This document shows, piece after piece, positions 24,301 to 36,257 of a stretch of DNA of 64,000 nt. The stretch comes from Schizochytrium sp. TIO01 (lineage: Eukaryota; Protista; Bigyra: Labyrinthulomycetes): assembly GCA_004764695.1 (NCBI GenBank), contig SMSO01000014.1, positions 2,351,648 to 2,415,647 on the forward strand. The letters run 5' to 3'. Below the pieces are notes generated by a model. It was not told the origin of the DNA. It ran no database searches and worked only from the letters and a program-made list of their open reading frames with translations. Both the position numbers and the translations under genes were made by a program. Numbering within the stretch: position 1 is the stretch's first letter; every line of letters starts with the position of its first letter.

Positions 24301-27250
24301 CACTCAGTATCTCCTTGCTTCAACTGACTTATTATTTAAACATAAGTTTATATTGATTTTACTATAGGGACATTACTACGGAGAATGCCAGGTCATCGGC
24401 ATACTCAAATTAGCTTCACAGTTTTGTCATCTGCAAAGTTTTTCAATTCCAGTCGCTCTACATGATCGGAAAATATTTGTTTTTATGATTTTTATGCTCT
24501 CCTTAATAGTTGTTTACCTCTCCCTTTGCATTAGAAGAGACTCATAGGTAGTCTTCTAAACATTAATTCAAAATGGTAAAGAAGATAGAGAAGAAGCTTT
24601 GAAAAAAAAAAAAAAAACTTTGAGTGGAAGGCTGTGCTTATTATTTTTTAACATACTTCCGCTCAGAAATACTTTTATCAATATTGATAAACTACTCTCT
24701 CATAATAGAGCCTATGCCTTCCATTGAATCAGTGCTTTGAAAATACCTCTCATTCTTGGGCATTTCCACTTCTTTTTTCTTTTTCTTTTTTCCCTTTTTT
24801 GGGGGGGAATTAAAAGAGGGGGGCAAAGTTAGAAAGACAGGTGGAAGAAAGGAAGAAAGGGAAAATATTGTGAATACTAGGAATCAGAGTGGCTTCACAA
24901 GCGCTTTTGTCACAGCTGAAGTGAATTTCTACTGTCCAACATTTTCACAATTTTCTTTTCTATGGTTTTCATCAATATTCTTATGAATCCTATAACCATG
25001 TATGAATGCAGCTGTCTAGGGTCCTTACCTCGGCGCTGGTAAGCAGCATCTTCTTCTTTTGACGTATCAATCATATTTGGTGGAACAAAAGTATTAATGA
25101 AGTGGAGACAATTAAAATTCAATGATTGATAAACAGGTGAGCCTTGATAATTTCAAGTATTTTGGCTTCTTGGTCAGTTTCGTACACAGCAAAGCTTGTT
25201 TTTAAAGCATATGATGGTATTGCTATATGGAATATATAGAATGATTGACATATGAAACATTATGAGTAGAGTACTTAGATTCGGTTTCAGTAGGAAGGTG
25301 GTACAAATAGCGATGACATATTTAGAGTAGCAGTGTATATTCTAGAAAGCAGTGCTAGCATAAGCACTAAACCATTGTAGGACGAAATTGAAGGTGACAT
25401 GGACTTTAAGTTGCAAGAAATTTTAACTACTATCTTAAATCCCTAGTTGGCGACTTTTAAATTGCCCTCAGTTTGAATAGAACAATAGAAGCCTAACTGG
25501 AATGAGCAAGCACATTGATGAGCTGCACGAGCAAGATGCCCTTCTCCCCTCTCACTATTGTCACTGATGTCACTGTTGTTGCTGTTTTCATTGTTGTCTG
25601 CCGGCATTGCTGTCTTAGTTATCATTCTCTTCACATGCAATTTCTTTTCAGTTTTAGTCTGCAGTAAGGACCACTGTTCGTCAAATTTTAAACGCCGCCT
25701 CCTCGTCGCACCGAGATGGTCTACACATAGCAGATCACCACTATCAATGCCAGATACCACGACCTCCATTACATCGTTCCCAATGGCGGTGAGAATCCAA
25801 GAAGTTGACCAATACTTCAAATTCATTGTCTTGATTTACCTTGAATACTCAATGATAGTAGTCAAATACGCAGAGTGGGGAACCTTAAAATTTTATAAAC
25901 CTTTAAAATAGTACTTAGGTACCACTCAATGGACGGAAGCTGCTACTCTTGTCATTACTCTGCACTCCAAATTAAATTATATCACACATTCCAGACGATG
26001 TAAAAGAACTACATCAGGTACTCCAAACATATCTTCCGAACCCTGGTGAAGTAAAAAAACCAAGCCAGAACGATCAATTATTCTAAGTGGCTGTCCTCGA
26101 ACTTTCTGCATGCTAACTAATCGGTAGTGTATCAACCTTCTTATTGAGCAAAAACTCAGGTCAAAACATAAGTTTACCTACTTACCTATAAACTTTTCGA
26201 TGCTCTTTTTCGACTCTCTTGATAAGGTTAATAAGCTAAAATCTTTGAGCGAGATGAAACCCAAGCCAAAAACATCGATCAATGCTCTTTCTCTTTGAGT
26301 ATTTGCGGAGATACCCAGAGTAAAGTATCCCTTGTCTTGCGGAAGATGAGGAGAAAAGAACGTAACAGCAAAAGGGAGTCCTCGCAAAAGGTTCGCAGCC
26401 GCCACTTCTTGAAAATGGTCTTAGAATTGGCAATAGAGCCTGCAGTCCGAACCTAGTCACAATGATCTACGAAATGAATCATTCACGCACAAGTAAGCCA
26501 GAGCATTGCTTCATATTGATTGAAGCAGCTTTAGTTCAGGTCAAAAGTTGTTATAGACTAGTAAAGTTAAAGTTGAAACCTTGCTGACAGCTGAGAGCCA
26601 AGTTCAACGATTTATAAACTAAAGTATAGATCCAAAATAATAGGAAAGGGCCCTAGTTAGATAGGACACCACCGTATAACACTTGTTTTTGCGCTCAAAC
26701 TTTGCGCTAGCTACACCTCTCCTCATTTAGAGTGACTAGCACTAAAATAGCGCTAGGGTTACCTACCTACTACGACCAGTATAGTACACATGTCACAAAA
26801 TTAGTTAGTTTCTTAATATCAGAATGTATATTTTGCAATGATACTAAGCAACTTGAATAGGAAATACTTCGTGATCTCTCATACTTTCTCAAGACTCTGA
26901 TGGAATGATATCACTTGGCTTGAATAAGAACATTCAAGCCTGATAAGCCAAATTATGTCATCCTTATTTTTATTTGTACAATTTTTTAATTATTGTGGAT
27001 GTTGTATAGATATTGTTTTAACTGGAGTGCTTTATTTTATTTCTTCTTTTTTTATTTAAATTAAATTAAGTCTTTATTTTGAAAAATAACAATCTGCAAC
27101 AGTAAACTAGAAGATAGAGTTTTCTTTTAAATGGGACTATCTCAAAATGTTTTATTATATAAACTTCAGTTTTTAACAACGGTGACTACAGCTATAACAG
27201 AAACACCCTAGTTATTTCACTAGTATGTAATAACTAACAGGGCTGCAGCT

Positions 27251-27351
27251 ATAGTAGTCATAGTAGTAGTCATAGTAGTAGTCATAGTAGTAGTCATAGC
27301 AGTAGTTCATAGTAGTAGTAGTAAGAGTAGTCATAGTAAGAGTAATAGTAG
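27251..27351. repeat. Degenerate (TAGTAGTAGTCA)n / (TAG)n repeat
   Basis: About 4 near-perfect 12-mer units followed by decayed copies. Confidence 0.9.
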
Positions 27352-27785
27352 TCGTCTTTTCAACAGACTGCTCTATTGTGCACACGCACCAAATTAAAAC
27401 CCATTTAAGTAATACTTATTCGGGTAAGCTTAGTCGGACAAACTCCCTTCAAAGTCTTCAAAACTGCCAACCGAAGCTCCTGTCTTTAGCAGAACATAAG
27501 CGTTGAAGTGATATGTACTAATGTAGTCAGGCTATGCGCTACAGGAGTGCTGTTCTCCATGAAAACTACGTGCGGTACTCATTGTCGACAAACACACACG
27601 CACCTACCTACCTACCTGCCCTCTTTTGGCACTCATTACGAACGGGGAGCGAGGACCTATGTTTGCGAGTCCGCGTACTACCTACCCTCTGGAGCGGTCC
27701 CCATATACTTGATGATATTCCTGATTTTTAGTTACCGTCTTTGTAAGCTTCTTTTAAGTTCTTTATTTATTTATTTTACTCTTAC

Positions 27786-27811
27786 ATAGATACATAGATA
27801 CATAGATACAT
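27786..27811. repeat. (CATAGATA)x3 tandem repeat
   Basis: Directly visible. Confidence 0.85.
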
Positions 27812-29740
27812 ATCTTTTTACGATGCTCTTTTTTCCTCTTACTCTCGACGAAGTAAGTTTGTCATGGCTATTTACCTTTTCCGAGTGGGAACCAAATAAT
27901 ACTTCATCATGAAGAGCTAAAATATTCTTTCGTTTTAAAACTCTTACTTCTACAGATGAGGTTTTTCCCCTTTCCTCTTGCAACTTTAGTGAAATCACAT
28001 TGCTTCAGCTTATCAGGATGGAGAAGATCACATAAGCTTACACTTTCTCGCATCTATTCCCTCCACCATTTCCTTTCTACGATATTTATTTTTAACGACT
28101 AAAAGAAACAGTATGACACCCTGGCCTAGAAGATTGCTCTCTCATTTAAGTATCCTCTCTCCATAATAGATCTAAAATGATATCAGTATTTATTTAGGAA
28201 AAAGACAATACTTTCTTGGAAGGAAAATATTTTTTGGTTCTGATGGTTTTGTAAACTAGATGACCCTTCGCCTTGTTGTTTACCCGTGTATATCTGTATC
28301 TCTTTTTCGTTAATTTCTTTCTTACCCTCTTTCTCCCGCTTTACCCCTAATCACCTAAACAAGCGCCTTTGATCTCTCCTTCCCCTTACGTCATTCTCAC
28401 GCCGTTCCTACTCTTAGGTGAGAGCTCTAAATCTCTCTTTTTTTCCTTTTTTTTTTCCTCTTCCTCTCATGTGCCTTCCTAATCCTCTCTTACCACCTAT
28501 GCTCTTCTTTGCGCTTTTTCTTCCTGTATTTCTCCCCTAAGGTTAACCATGCCACTTTTTAAAATTAAAACTATATCAATCGCCACAATTTCCTTCTTCC
28601 CTTACTTCTTCTCTCTCTCTCTTGCTCTCTCTCTCACCTCCCCCTATCCATCTTTATCTCTCCTTATTTTCCTCCTCTATGCCTCTCTCTCACTCCCTCT
28701 ACCTCCTGATACCTCTCTCTCTGTATTAATTTCCCCAAAATCCCCCTTTCTACCTTCTTCCACCTAACTCTCTCTCTTACACTCTTACTTCCTCCTCTTC
28801 TTCTTTATTTAAACTTCGCCCACTTCCCCTCTCCCACTAGCACTAGCACTCATAAATTTCCTTCTCATCCTCTTAGCCATCCATCAAAGCTTAAAGAATC
28901 AGGAGCCATAAGAAATAAACAGCGAATAAAGCTTTCACAGGCAGACATTATCTCCACTACGTTCTTCTTCTTCTCCTTTTCTCTATCTTTTCATCGATCG
29001 ACCCCTTCCAAGGTTATTAGTAGAGTACCACGTCCTGCTTTTTCCCTCCTCCTCTCTCCAACTTAAATATTTACTTTAAACTTTATTACATTACTATTAG
29101 TATTAGGAGCATAGTGCTTTTTCTTCTTTTTTTTAAGAATATTTTTTTAAATGTATCTATTTTAACTTCTTTTTTTTCTTTGCTCATTCGCTAGCTTGGC
29201 GTATTTTTTATTAATTTGTCTTCTTTTCCTACTTAAACTGCTTTTTGCCTAAGCCAGTCTCCCCTCTAGCTCAGTGTTTCTAACACCAAAAGACTTCGTT
29301 GAGAGAGCTGATAAGACTCGAGACAAGCAAAGATCAAGTTGCTACGGGAGAGGCCGCACCGCGTCCCTCCATTTCACCACTCGCTCTCCGAGGTCCCGCC
29401 TAGACCCGTCCCTGGTGCTCTCACAACGAGGAAGGCCTTCTTTAGCAGCAAGGTCCAACATTCATTCAAGAAGGGCGTCTACTTGAGTCCCCATCCGCCA
29501 GACGCTCCGTGCGTGTCTTACACGGCTCTCCAATATCGCAAAGGACGTGCACGATATAGATCGCGCGATATAGACTGCGCATAAAATATCTGTACCTTTC
29601 CCACTAACCCTTGCAAACACCTACTCATCTCCTGCATAGAATTCAAGCGCGCCTAGCGTACCCAAGCAGGCAAAAGCGGCGCAGGAGCTTTGGGTTGAAA
29701 GCATACTTAGACAGATACCTTTCTCCTTCAAACCACTGCG

Positions 29741-32700
29741 ATGACAAATAAGAGTTCTTTCGAAAGCTCATCGTCTATCCCCGAGCTCGATGTTTATGAA
29801 ACTAGCTCTTGTCTCGCAAAATTGGAGCGATGTGCGGATGATATTTCTGCACAGCTTAAGATGATTGTCCAGCACTGCCTCGGTCTCGTGAGCGTCCAGC
29901 GCTGGCTTCGGGACATCTCGAGTCAAGATATACGTCTGAGTACAGACCATGTTGTATCTTTCGTAGTCTCCTTCACAAAGCAGAAACTCGGTCCTGCATT
30001 GGAGTCTAACAAAGCAGGGAAATTTCAAGAACTGAAGGAAACTATAGCTACGCTTAACGGGAAGGGTCTCGTGCGAGGTAATATCCGACTCTTAGTTCGT
30101 GGAGAACTCCCAGACGCACTTGCAAGTCAGTTCGTAAGCTTTATCGATACAGCAGACAACCTTACTCAGGCATGGGCAAAGGATGCCAGCTCCAAGGAAG
30201 CACTTGTAGAGTTGATTCAAGAAAACGCAGCAGCCGTTCAAAGCCTCCTGCAGAACATTGAGTCACTCACAGGTGAAATTGCATCGCCGCTAGATAACAA
30301 GCGTAAACGCGAAAGCAAGGAAGGTGATGTGGAAGTGCCAGATGTCTCTAAACTTGCGCGTACAAACAAGGAGGAATCATGTAAAGAGGCTGCTGGACAA
30401 AGCTTAACCAAACGAAACGATGATGGCGATGATGATGACCAGGACCATGGACATGGCCACATGGAGCCAGCCTCTAAAATGGCACATAACCATTTTAGCT
30501 CCTTCCAGTCTAATAACTCTGGGTCATCCGTATCATCTGCCAAAGGAGCCGAGACGTCAAGTTCTGATGGAGATACTGGCGCAAAGAAAACAGCAAGGGG
30601 TAGTAATGATTTATCCAAACTCAAACTTGGTGATTTAAAAGAATCCTCACTCGCGCCTGATGGACCCCTGTTCACTCTAAAAGTGATAAGTCGGGACCTT
30701 CAAATCAATGCTGCAAAGCGAATTCTTAGCCTAGTACACTTCATGCGTGCGGTTATCAGCAACTCCCCGAGCCTCCAACAGAGTCTCAGAAACACGGCAA
30801 TCGTCATTGACAGTGGCCCCTCTTCACCTTTGCTGAGCAAAACCCCGTCTCAAAGACTTGGCGAAACTCGTGTAGCTTCGAACGGAGAAGATCAAACAAA
30901 TGATCGGGTTGCTTCGCCTCTTCCCGAACATCAAATGTCGAAACCAGGCGTGTCTTCCCAACAACCACAAAATCAGATGTTTGGCTTACCTCAAGGTTTG
31001 TCCAACGCTCAGCAGCAGCAAGCAGCTGCTTTAAGCATGCTAACAGGTCTTATGATGAATAGTTCTGCTCAGGGAATAGACCCACGTGCAGTTCAACATC
31101 TCCTTGCTCAATTTTCCGGAGGTCTTGTAACCCCGATGCATCTGTCGCAGCTTATGCAATGGCCGACAAGTGAGCTCCCATTGCGTATTATACTTCAACC
31201 ATGCTCCACTGTGCATAAGAGTCCATCGGAATTAGAGCCCTTTGGTCTTCTTGCATTTGGCCTCGAAGTGTCTTCGGCTGATCTTGCGCGAAATGAGGTT
31301 GTTACCATCAAAGTTATTCGTGTTAGAGATGCAAAACCAGTCCAGCTCTTTGAGCATATGATTGATGGTGAACCCCGGTTCGTTTTCAGACGAACCCATA
31401 TGTCACCTGCAAGCTCCACATCAGGCAACACAGCATCTGAGGAAAATCCATTTAGTACATCTTATGGAACTTATAGTGGTCGACGGTTGTTCGGCCGCTT
31501 GCAAGTGGATCCCGAAGCTGCTCTTGGACGCTCGCGGAAAGTTGAGTATGTTCTAGCTGTTCGTGTTGGAAACTCTGACTTTGTTCAGACGATGCCAATA
31601 ACTGTTACTGGAAATACCTTTGACGGTAACTGGGTAAACTCGAACGAAAGAAGAAAAGAAATCGTTCGCCAGTTTGCTCAAGCGTACGCTAATCAGATTT
31701 CTGTAGCGGAAAATCGTTTTCTTGCTTGTCAACCGGTGATAATGCCAGATCGTGATGTCCTCCTTGATGTGAAAGAGAACGTTCTTCGTCTTGAACAGCA
31801 ATACCAGTTTTCGCGTAATGCTGACCTGAGTGGAGTGGAACAAACATCTGGCTCTACAGAATCTCCTTCAAAATTTGTGGAGGTTGAAAGCTTACAAAAT
31901 AAAGCCCAAGTTCTAGCTGGCCAAGCACCAGGAGTTTCTCCTGGCGCTGCCCCAATAGGTCCTAGTTCCGAGAAGGGATTGTATTCACAACCTCAAGCTC
32001 AGCACCAGTTTGGCTCGCCAAGCATGAGCGTAGGATCTCACAGGCTTCCTAATGTCAATGAGGTTTTTGCTGGTATGGGCTTTGTCCCTCCAATGAATCT
32101 TGGTTACTTGCTTCCAGGCTTAAGTGGGCTTGGAAGTCCTGCTGAACAATACAATGCTTTACTCGGAACTTTGGCGGGAGGGCATCAGCTCGTGGGGGGG
32201 TTAGGCTCTACAAGTCAGCAAGGAGCACCGAATTCGTTAATGCAAAGTGTTGGTCCAAGGGAAGATAATAGCATTAGCCAAAGAACTACGGACATGCGAC
32301 GCAGTTCAAGTGGAGGATTTATTCCAACTGCGTCCGCAGCAAACCCTCAGAAGGTTGCTGTAATCCGCCGCGATGCAGAAGAACGATTATACCGAGTGGT
32401 AGACTTTCTTCGCTATTCAGACAAAGCCCCGAATATTCCATTAGACGATCGACACGCACAAATGTTCACTTGGAATGAGAATATGTCACTTTTATTGTGT
32501 TCACTACTCCAAGAGTCTTGCAAAAACCCATTCAAATCGATTTTGCGCAATTTTAATCGTGCTGTTACAGATGGCGAACCATCAAATTTCGGTGGACCAA
32601 ACCATGCTTCCAATCGCCCTGTACGTGACCGTTCCTCGTTACGTAAACGTCTGCAAAAGATGCTACACCGAGAACAGCTCTCAAAGGACTGGGAATCTAC

Positions 32701-32860
32701 CCGACGTGCTTCTGCTAATTTATTTGTTAATTCTGCGAAGAAACGTCTGGAGACAGAAGCAGATGGATCACTTGAGTTTCTTCGAGATCCAGTGCGTCTA
32801 ATTGAGGAGGTGTTTACAGGTTTGAACCCGTCTGTCCCAGGAATCGGAATCAACTCCTAA
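29741..32860 (+). CDS. 1039-aa putative transcription factor with a central Rel/velvet/CudA-like Ig-fold segment and a C-terminal Myb/SANT-like segment
   Basis: Long intronless ORF preceded by ~590 nt with no ATG; NLS-like KRKRE; S/Q-rich linkers. Beta-rich block LRIILQP...LFGRLQV...EYVLAVRV...VQTMPITV; helical block FTWNENMSLLLCSLL...FKSILRNFN...RDRSSLRKRLQKM. The CDS is secure; the domain calls are pattern-based inference. Confidence 0.6.
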   Translation: MTNKSSFESSSSIPELDVYETSSCLAKLERCADDISAQLKMIVQHCLGLVSVQRWLRDISSQDIRLSTDHVVSFVVSFTKQKLGPALESNKAGKFQELKETIATLNGKGLVRGNIRLLVRGELPDALASQFVSFIDTADNLTQAWAKDASSKEALVELIQENAAAVQSLLQNIESLTGEIASPLDNKRKRESKEGDVEVPDVSKLARTNKEESCKEAAGQSLTKRNDDGDDDDQDHGHGHMEPASKMAHNHFSSFQSNNSGSSVSSAKGAETSSSDGDTGAKKTARGSNDLSKLKLGDLKESSLAPDGPLFTLKVISRDLQINAAKRILSLVHFMRAVISNSPSLQQSLRNTAIVIDSGPSSPLLSKTPSQRLGETRVASNGEDQTNDRVASPLPEHQMSKPGVSSQQPQNQMFGLPQGLSNAQQQQAAALSMLTGLMMNSSAQGIDPRAVQHLLAQFSGGLVTPMHLSQLMQWPTSELPLRIILQPCSTVHKSPSELEPFGLLAFGLEVSSADLARNEVVTIKVIRVRDAKPVQLFEHMIDGEPRFVFRRTHMSPASSTSGNTASEENPFSTSYGTYSGRRLFGRLQVDPEAALGRSRKVEYVLAVRVGNSDFVQTMPITVTGNTFDGNWVNSNERRKEIVRQFAQAYANQISVAENRFLACQPVIMPDRDVLLDVKENVLRLEQQYQFSRNADLSGVEQTSGSTESPSKFVEVESLQNKAQVLAGQAPGVSPGAAPIGPSSEKGLYSQPQAQHQFGSPSMSVGSHRLPNVNEVFAGMGFVPPMNLGYLLPGLSGLGSPAEQYNALLGTLAGGHQLVGGLGSTSQQGAPNSLMQSVGPREDNSISQRTTDMRRSSSGGFIPTASAANPQKVAVIRRDAEERLYRVVDFLRYSDKAPNIPLDDRHAQMFTWNENMSLLLCSLLQESCKNPFKSILRNFNRAVTDGEPSNFGGPNHASNRPVRDRSSLRKRLQKMLHREQLSKDWESTRRASANLFVNSAKKRLETEADGSLEFLRDPVRLIEEVFTGLNPSVPGIGINS

Positions 32861-33485
32861 TTGCAGATTTCCTTTGATCTGATAGCAAAATTCGAAAAGA
32901 TTGATTTGTCACATTTTTTCATGCAATAAATCATATTCACATACACTATAAATTCTAATTTCTTCAAGTTATGCGTTGTTTCAAACAACTACTCAAATTC
33001 GTCATTCAGATTTTGTCTGTGTGTAAGAAGTAACAGCAAAGGTAGACCCACTTTTGGCCATTTAGTCATTTATAATAAATATCATTATGGGTTGTTGCAA
33101 TCGTATTCAATATTCTCATCGTGCCCTAAACATTTTAAGAAGTATCAGCTAATCTCACTTTAACCTAGGCTCACTCGTCGGTAACTATCACATATACCTT
33201 TAACATGAGCCGACTACGAATTCTTGTTTAAGAAACAGTCCGCGTGCATCAATTATTCAAAGCAGAGCCCAGCTGTGAAACTTGTTCTAGGTAAAATTAG
33301 ATCTGGGCTCAAGACTTTCTAAACAAAGAGGTATACGCTTTGCCGGCCGTAACGAATGTTTCATTAAAACAAAAATGGGGCATCAGGGCTACTATTTGCT
33401 GGATCAGAGCGCGATATTCTTTCTTTTATATTTTCTTTTACAAGGTAAAATTGAATAACTATGCAATGGTGTACCAGGTTGATAA

Positions 33486-36257
33486 TCAAGGCGAAGATGG
33501 ACCCAAAGAATGCCCCGAACTAGCATGGCGGATAGCATTTGCAAGTCCACGTGAATGACGTTGCCTCTGCAAGAGAGGCGGTCCATCAGGAGAAGATGAT
33601 GAGCATTTTGAGCACGTTTCAGGGTGATGAGCAGCTTTTACGAACTCGGTGATCTCACTGTCTGACCAGGTCCCGAGCTGAGGAAGATCTTGACGAGCCA
33701 GGTTGATAAAGTGAGACTCACTTCGAGAAGTTGCATGAATCTGCAGGGCGTTTGCCATCAGATCTGCACGCGAGCGAGTATAAAACTGTTTAAAAACATG
33801 GGCGTCGTTTTGGTATTTACACAAGTTCCACTGGGCACATGATTCGCAGTCACACTTGAACAGCACAGCAGCTTCAACTTCAGCCTGAGATATAAAGTTA
33901 GACATGCGCCCGTAGACACTTGGCAGGGAATAACCTTCGCGCTGATGGACCGAACATATAAAATCCACGAACTCAGCTCGTGCGTCTGGGGACCAATCTG
34001 TCAAAACTGAACCAGGGGACTTTCTGTCCTTCGTCCCACTTCTCTCGTCGAAAATCCGATCATGAACATACTTGGCTGTGTAAGGCAATGAATGAGGGGC
34101 GCCCAGCTCTTGCTGCAAAGCATTACCCAGTCTATCAATATCACGCAACGCGCAAATCTTTTTCCAAAAAGTCATCTGCGGTCTTCGTCGGCGTTCTTGA
34201 AACAGAAGTTTGAGTTTTTGTTTAAAGTCGTTTTCCCGAGGAAACAACTGAGCAGCCCAGCCACTTTGTTCACTGAGGAAGTAATAGAATGTTTTCCAAT
34301 CACGTTCGTTTCGTCGGTTGAGGTCCAGCTTTGAGGCTACTAATTTATAGAACTCAATATGCTGTTCTAAAGACATCGCCTTCGGAGCCTCTGAGCTTTG
34401 TCTGCGCTTACGAAGACCAACACTACTTCTTGATCCTACCGAATCACCAGCATCGCTGAAAACAGAGCTTCCGGCCATGGAGCCTTCCTCGTCAGGACCA
34501 CCATTAAAGCTATTGGACGAACCGCATCGTCGGAGTGTCCCTTCGTAGGTGTCAACAGGATCACCTCGAACAACTGGAAGAATCGTAAGATACGTTGGAA
34601 TGTTCCCTTCGTTGGGGATCTCTGGGTTTGCCAGAGCCTCAACCCGTGAAGTTGAGGCAGCCCGTGCCGGGCCGAGGTGGATACGTGTTGACTGTGCTGG
34701 TGGAGTCTCACTTCCTGCCCAACTCTGGGATCTCTGCAAAAGAGGATCAGGCATATCGCCCGAGATTTGTCCATGCGAGTTCTGAAAACAATTAGAAGCA
34801 GAGCTTGCCATACTTCCGGCCATTGCACTTTCGCTTGTATGGCGGCCGAGGGCGCCCAAAGCAGTACCTAAACCACTAGCCGGGCCCAAAAGAGGTGCAG
34901 GGGGTACATGTGTTGAGACTTTTAACTCATCATCCGGGCTACCTGAGTAATCGCCCCCCTTTAAACCAGCATCAGAAATGTTATCATCGACATAGATAGT
35001 GCCACTTACAGATCGCACCGGGCGAGACTTGGGCATCGAGAATTCCCCGAGGTCAAAATCTTCACCAAAATAGCCCTGTAGTGCGTCTAAGAGTGTTGCA
35101 AGACCTTCCATATTTTCGTGCACTGCGGCACGTCGCTCTGACTCGTCCCCAGCTACTGCTAGAAGATTTGCAGCGATCTGCGCATCCTCACTAAGCCGAC
35201 GAAAGGTGTCATAGACGAGCTTCTTATAGAAATACTTTAGTTTCGCATTAACAGCACGCTCATCAGAAGTCTCCTCGAGAGCAGAATCAGCAAGATCTCC
35301 GCATTCACGAGAGCGCAGCATTGGCGCAAGTGTTTCATGAACATATTGCTTCACGCGGCGAGTCATGTACATGGTATTCTTCCGTATCGAGCCGGTGTTC
35401 GTAGTCTGTGTCCAGGTATGCCGAGGTGTTGCCCGGAATGCAAGAGAAAATACCTCGTCTCGAAAAGTATCGCGCTTTTCATGGCATGCACGGAGCTGCC
35501 TCACGATCTCGTGCCATGGATCTTCACTTTCACTAAGAGATGAAGGAATAGGGTCAGAGGACATCCGAACCCTAGATGACAATGGTGCTTTAAAATCATA
35601 GTTTTCATCCAGAGATTCTTCTTCACCATGATATACCTGGTCAGATACAAACCTGGATTCGGAAGCCTGCAAGTTATTTGCTGCAACATTTCCATCGTCA
35701 TTCATGAATTTCGAGAGATCGAGGTGACTGAAATTTTGTGCGAGATCTCTGGCATCTCCGCACGGCTGTGGCAAGATCAAGGAGGGCCCTTGCTCCACCT
35801 GGTGCTGTGAAAATGATAACGATGGCGCTAGAGATCGTGTGGCACCAAGCATTGGTGGAAGAGAGGAGGATCGGATAGGTTCGCCAGACGGTCCTCTCAG
35901 ATTTGGAGAAGGATAACCTAATCCTTGCTGATGAGACGATGTGGAATTAAGAACAGGAGAAGGAAGCATTGGAGGAGGGGGACTTTGTCTCATCTCGCTA
36001 TTGATCGAGTTGCCATTAGCAACACTCAAGAGATTATCGTTGCTGCTTTGATACAAATGTGGATCTTCAGATATACTTGGCATAACTGGTACGTTTGTGT
36101 CTTGTTGTCCTCCTCCTTCTTGATCATCTTCCTCCATTACAAAACCGACATCTAAAGAATGAGCTCGACCAGCTGCCCACATTGGTGGTGCTCGTGTTGA
36201 GCCTTGAGAAGCACTCGACTCGTTCACGAGCCTACCCATGGCGTGTAGCTCGTCCAT
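33486..36257 (-). CDS. 923-aa uncharacterised, probably nuclear protein with Myb/SANT-like helical segments and Cys/His clusters
   Basis: Long intronless ORF; S/P-rich disordered regions; NLS-like LRKRRQ; SLEQHIEFYKLV...RDWKTF...KLKLLFQERRRR, WSPDARAEFVDFI, WSDSEITEFVKA; CDCESC and HPETCSKC. Function is inferred. Confidence 0.55.
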   Translation of the reverse strand: MDELHAMGRLVNESSASQGSTRAPPMWAAGRAHSLDVGFVMEEDDQEGGGQQDTNVPVMPSISEDPHLYQSSNDNLLSVANGNSINSEMRQSPPPPMLPSPVLNSTSSHQQGLGYPSPNLRGPSGEPIRSSSLPPMLGATRSLAPSLSFSQHQVEQGPSLILPQPCGDARDLAQNFSHLDLSKFMNDDGNVAANNLQASESRFVSDQVYHGEEESLDENYDFKAPLSSRVRMSSDPIPSSLSESEDPWHEIVRQLRACHEKRDTFRDEVFSLAFRATPRHTWTQTTNTGSIRKNTMYMTRRVKQYVHETLAPMLRSRECGDLADSALEETSDERAVNAKLKYFYKKLVYDTFRRLSEDAQIAANLLAVAGDESERRAAVHENMEGLATLLDALQGYFGEDFDLGEFSMPKSRPVRSVSGTIYVDDNISDAGLKGGDYSGSPDDELKVSTHVPPAPLLGPASGLGTALGALGRHTSESAMAGSMASSASNCFQNSHGQISGDMPDPLLQRSQSWAGSETPPAQSTRIHLGPARAASTSRVEALANPEIPNEGNIPTYLTILPVVRGDPVDTYEGTLRRCGSSNSFNGGPDEEGSMAGSSVFSDAGDSVGSRSSVGLRKRRQSSEAPKAMSLEQHIEFYKLVASKLDLNRRNERDWKTFYYFLSEQSGWAAQLFPRENDFKQKLKLLFQERRRRPQMTFWKKICALRDIDRLGNALQQELGAPHSLPYTAKYVHDRIFDERSGTKDRKSPGSVLTDWSPDARAEFVDFICSVHQREGYSLPSVYGRMSNFISQAEVEAAVLFKCDCESCAQWNLCKYQNDAHVFKQFYTRSRADLMANALQIHATSRSESHFINLARQDLPQLGTWSDSEITEFVKAAHHPETCSKCSSSSPDGPPLLQRQRHSRGLANAIRHASSGHSLGPSSP

